In this document: one piece after another, positions 61,920-64,000 of the stretch
How positions within the stretch are numbered: the stretch's first letter is position 1
How the letters are laid out: each line of letters starts with the position of its first letter
From: Ramlibacter sp. 2FC
GTDB taxonomy: Bacteria > Pseudomonadota > Gammaproteobacteria > Burkholderiales > Burkholderiaceae_C
Direction of reading: 5' to 3'
NCBI GenBank assembly: GCA_943372515.1
Contig: CALRYY010000012.1
Span: 1,074-65,073, forward strand
Length of the DNA: 64,000 nucleotides
Made by a program: the position numbers and the translations under genes
Notes under the pieces: generated by a model
Seen by the model: the letters and a program-made list of their open reading frames with translations, nothing else
What the model was told of the DNA's origin: nothing
Databases searched by the model: none

Positions 61920-62861
61920 TTACGGGGTAAGCCCGGCAATTTCGGCAAAAGCGCCCAGCGCGTCCTTCATGAGCTTGCGCGCTTTCTCGCTGGCGTGCTG
62001 CATGCGGCCAAAGTCGTGCGTCATGCGCGGCGCGCCAAAGAATTCGCAGCGCGCGCCCACCATGCGAAGCCAGTCGTGCAACTGGATCGCGTCGTCGTGC
62101 GCCACGTCCTGCTCGGCCGCCAGCAGCACAGTGACCGGCGGGTTGTCGATGGGGGCATTGCCATGCATCAGCACGGCGCGTTCGTCCCACAAATCCCACT
62201 GGCCGTGCAAAAAGCCGTGCCAGGCGCGGATGGCGTCGGTGCGCGAGAACACGGGCGACGACGCGCACCGGATGTAGCTGGCGGAGTTGAAGTCGGGCTT
62301 GACCAGCGGGCACAGGCCCAGCACCGCATCCACGCTGCCCGGCTGCAGGCGGGCCAGGCGCCACGCGGCCTGCAGCGCGGCATGCCCGCCGCTGCCGTCG
62401 CCGCCCACCAGCAGCCGCGCGGGCCGCACGCCCAGCTTGGTGCGGCCTTCCAGCAGTGTGCGCAGCGCCAGCAACGCCGATTCGCTGCTTTGCAGCAGCG
62501 GGTTGCCCGTGGCGGCCGGCAGTTGCACGCAGGCCACCGCCACGCCCAGGTCATGCGCCAGCTGGCGACACAGGCCGTCGTGGGTGTCCAGGTCGCCCGC
62601 TGCCCAGCCGCCGCCCACAAACCAGGCCATCAGCACGGGCGCCTGCGCGCCGGTGGGCCAGTGCATGCGTGCGGGCAGCGGCTTGCCGCCGGGGCGCAGC
62701 TTGAAGTCGCCGCTGGTCACGGGCACCAGCACTGACGGCAGGCGGCGCGACGCGGCGGCATAACGCTGCACCTGCGCGGCCATGTCGGTGGGGTCGCGCG
62801 GCGGCGGCAGCTCGCGTTGCAGCTGGTCGATGAAGTCGTGCAGGTCGGGGTCGATTTGCAT
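61920..62861 (-). CDS. alpha/beta hydrolase fold-3 (esterase/lipase-like)
   Basis: Oxyanion-hole region VGGGW, the putative nucleophile region GGDGSGGH, and a C-terminal HDF. 313 aa. Confidence 0.7.
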   Translation of the reverse strand: MQIDPDLHDFIDQLQRELPPPRDPTDMAAQVQRYAAASRRLPSVLVPVTSGDFKLRPGGKPLPARMHWPTGAQAPVLMAWFVGGGWAAGDLDTHDGLCRQLAHDLGVAVACVQLPAATGNPLLQSSESALLALRTLLEGRTKLGVRPARLLVGGDGSGGHAALQAAWRLARLQPGSVDAVLGLCPLVKPDFNSASYIRCASSPVFSRTDAIRAWHGFLHGQWDLWDERAVLMHGNAPIDNPPVTVLLAAEQDVAHDDAIQLHDWLRMVGARCEFFGAPRMTHDFGRMQHASEKARKLMKDALGAFAEIAGLTP

Positions 62862-62876
62862 GGCGGGGCAGTCGTT

Positions 62877-64000
62877 CTATACGGCGCGGCGCAACGCCTG
62901 GTCGATGTCCCACAGGATGTCGTCGGCGTCTTCAATGCCTACCGACAGGCGAACCATGTCGGACCGCACACCGGCGCGGGCCAGCTCGGCCTCGTCCAGC
63001 TGGCGGTGGGTGGTGGACGCGGGGTGGATCACCAGGGTCTTGGCGTCGCCGATGTTGGCCAGGTGGCTCATGAATTCGCCGGCGTCGATGAAGCGTTCGC
63101 CCGCTCGCGCCGGGTCTGCTGCCTTGATGCCGAAGGTGAGGATGCCCGAGCAGCCTGGCGTGCCGTCGATGATGCGGAACTGCTTTTGGGCCAGAGCATG
63201 GTGGGGTGAACCACTGAGGCCGGGGTAGTTGACCCAGCTGACCAGCGGATGGCCGCTCAGGAACTGCGCCACGGCCAGCGCGTTGCGGCAATGCGCCTGC
63301 ATGCGCAGGTGCAGGGTTTCGATGCCCTGCAGGATCAGCCAGGCATTCAGCGGCGACAGGCTGGCGCCGAAGGTGCGGTTGACTTCCATGCGCGCCTTCA
63401 TGGTGTAGCCAAAGTCGCCAAAGGTCTCGTAGAACTTCACGCCGTGGTAGGCGCGGCTGGGCTCCAGCATGTCGGGGAATTTGGGCGCCGACAGGGGCGA
63501 GCCCCAGTCAAATTTGCCGGACTCCACCACCACTCCCGCCATGGTGGTGCCGTGCCCGCCCAGGTATTTGGTGGCGCTGTGCACCACAATGTCGGCGCCA
63601 AAGGCAAACGGGTTGCACAGGTAGGGGCTGGCTACGGTGTTGTCGATCACCAGCGGCAGGCCGTGCTCGTGCGCGATGGCCGCTACGGGTTCGATGTCAA
63701 ACACATTGACCAGCGGGTTGCCCAGTGTTTCGCCGTACACAGCGCGGGTGTTGGGCCGGATCGCGCGGCGGAAGTTGCCGGGGTCTTGCGGGTCGACAAA
63801 CGTGGTCTCTATGCCCAGGCGCGAAAAGCCGATGCCCAGTTGCCCGACCGTGCCGCCATACAGCGTGGACGCAGCCACGATATGGTCACCCGCTTTGAGG
63901 ATGGCCAGCAGCGCCGTCATCTGCGCCGCCATGCCGGTGGCACACGCCAGCGCAGCGCGCCCACCTTCCAGCGAAGCCACGCGTTCTTCCAGCACCGCCA
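62877..64000 (-). CDS. metY: O-acetylhomoserine sulfhydrylase / aminocarboxypropyltransferase; 5' end beyond the window
   Basis: HSATKYLGGHGT (PLP-Lys) and strong Cys/Met-metabolism PLP enzyme similarity across the region. The reading frame stays open to the window edge. Confidence 0.85.
   Translation of the reverse strand, partial: AVLEERVASLEGGRAALACATGMAAQMTALLAILKAGDHIVAASTLYGGTVGQLGIGFSRLGIETTFVDPQDPGNFRRAIRPNTRAVYGETLGNPLVNVFDIEPVAAIAHEHGLPLVIDNTVASPYLCNPFAFGADIVVHSATKYLGGHGTTMAGVVVESGKFDWGSPLSAPKFPDMLEPSRAYHGVKFYETFGDFGYTMKARMEVNRTFGASLSPLNAWLILQGIETLHLRMQAHCRNALAVAQFLSGHPLVSWVNYPGLSGSPHHALAQKQFRIIDGTPGCSGILTFGIKAADPARAGERFIDAGEFMSHLANIGDAKTLVIHPASTTHRQLDEAELARAGVRSDMVRLSVGIEDADDILWDIDQALRRAV

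Noticed and set aside
61920-62861. Non-canonical nucleophile motif (GDGSGG instead of GDSAG) in the esterase-like protein
   Set aside because: I cannot fix the alignment register by eye. It may simply be a normal variant of the family, so it is not reported as a finding.

Overview
This is a very GC-rich chromosomal segment. I judged GC by eye; nothing was computed. The protein content looks betaproteobacterial (Burkholderiales/Comamonadaceae-like), an inference from the translated sequences only.

Most of the window is tightly packed housekeeping DNA. In order:
- family III CoA-transferase (partial), a lipoprotein, an MFS transporter
- a permease-less PTS (EIIA-Man/HPr/EI), an EamA transporter, an AraC regulator
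- lipA, lipB, ybeD, dat, then two membrane proteins
- the complete F1Fo operon atpIBEFHAGDC
- a TPM/TPM/LemA trio and three small enzymes
- mreBCD-mrdA, gatCAB, pyrE, xth, an NmrA-like protein, pldA, a small secreted ORF, rep
- an AEC transporter, a class V aminotransferase, a BCCP-carboxyltransferase fusion, an asparaginase II
- putA with a divergent Lrp-type regulator, DUF3617, yggS, pilT-pilU, a 3-HIBDH-like dehydrogenase
- a dolP-like BON lipoprotein and a SIS isomerase, a 5.5-kb insertion (below), yraN, rsmI, priA, hemE, an esterase, metY (partial)

I saw no rRNA, tRNA, CRISPR array, transposase or integrase. Many ORF-track N-termini were trimmed to starts supported by family N-termini, signal peptides or stop/start coupling. 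Several very long ORFs are antisense shadows of real genes.

The one clearly accessory stretch is about 5.5 kb (51587..57063). It splits the conserved yraN-SIS-BON neighbourhood and carries three co-oriented genes behind an AT-rich leader:
- a 314-aa protein of no recognisable family
- a minimal histidine-kinase core with eroded ATP-binding motifs
- an 1128-aa SARP/BTAD - P-loop STAND NTPase - helical-repeat protein

This is my best candidate for an undescribed signalling or defence-like module. The claim rests on motif reading and synteny reasoning, not on searches.

Non-coding highlights:
- a four-copy, roughly 80-nt triple-hairpin repeat family placed inside operons
- a 202-bp MITE-like element with 55-nt inverted arms
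- an AT-rich priA leader containing a perfect DnaA box
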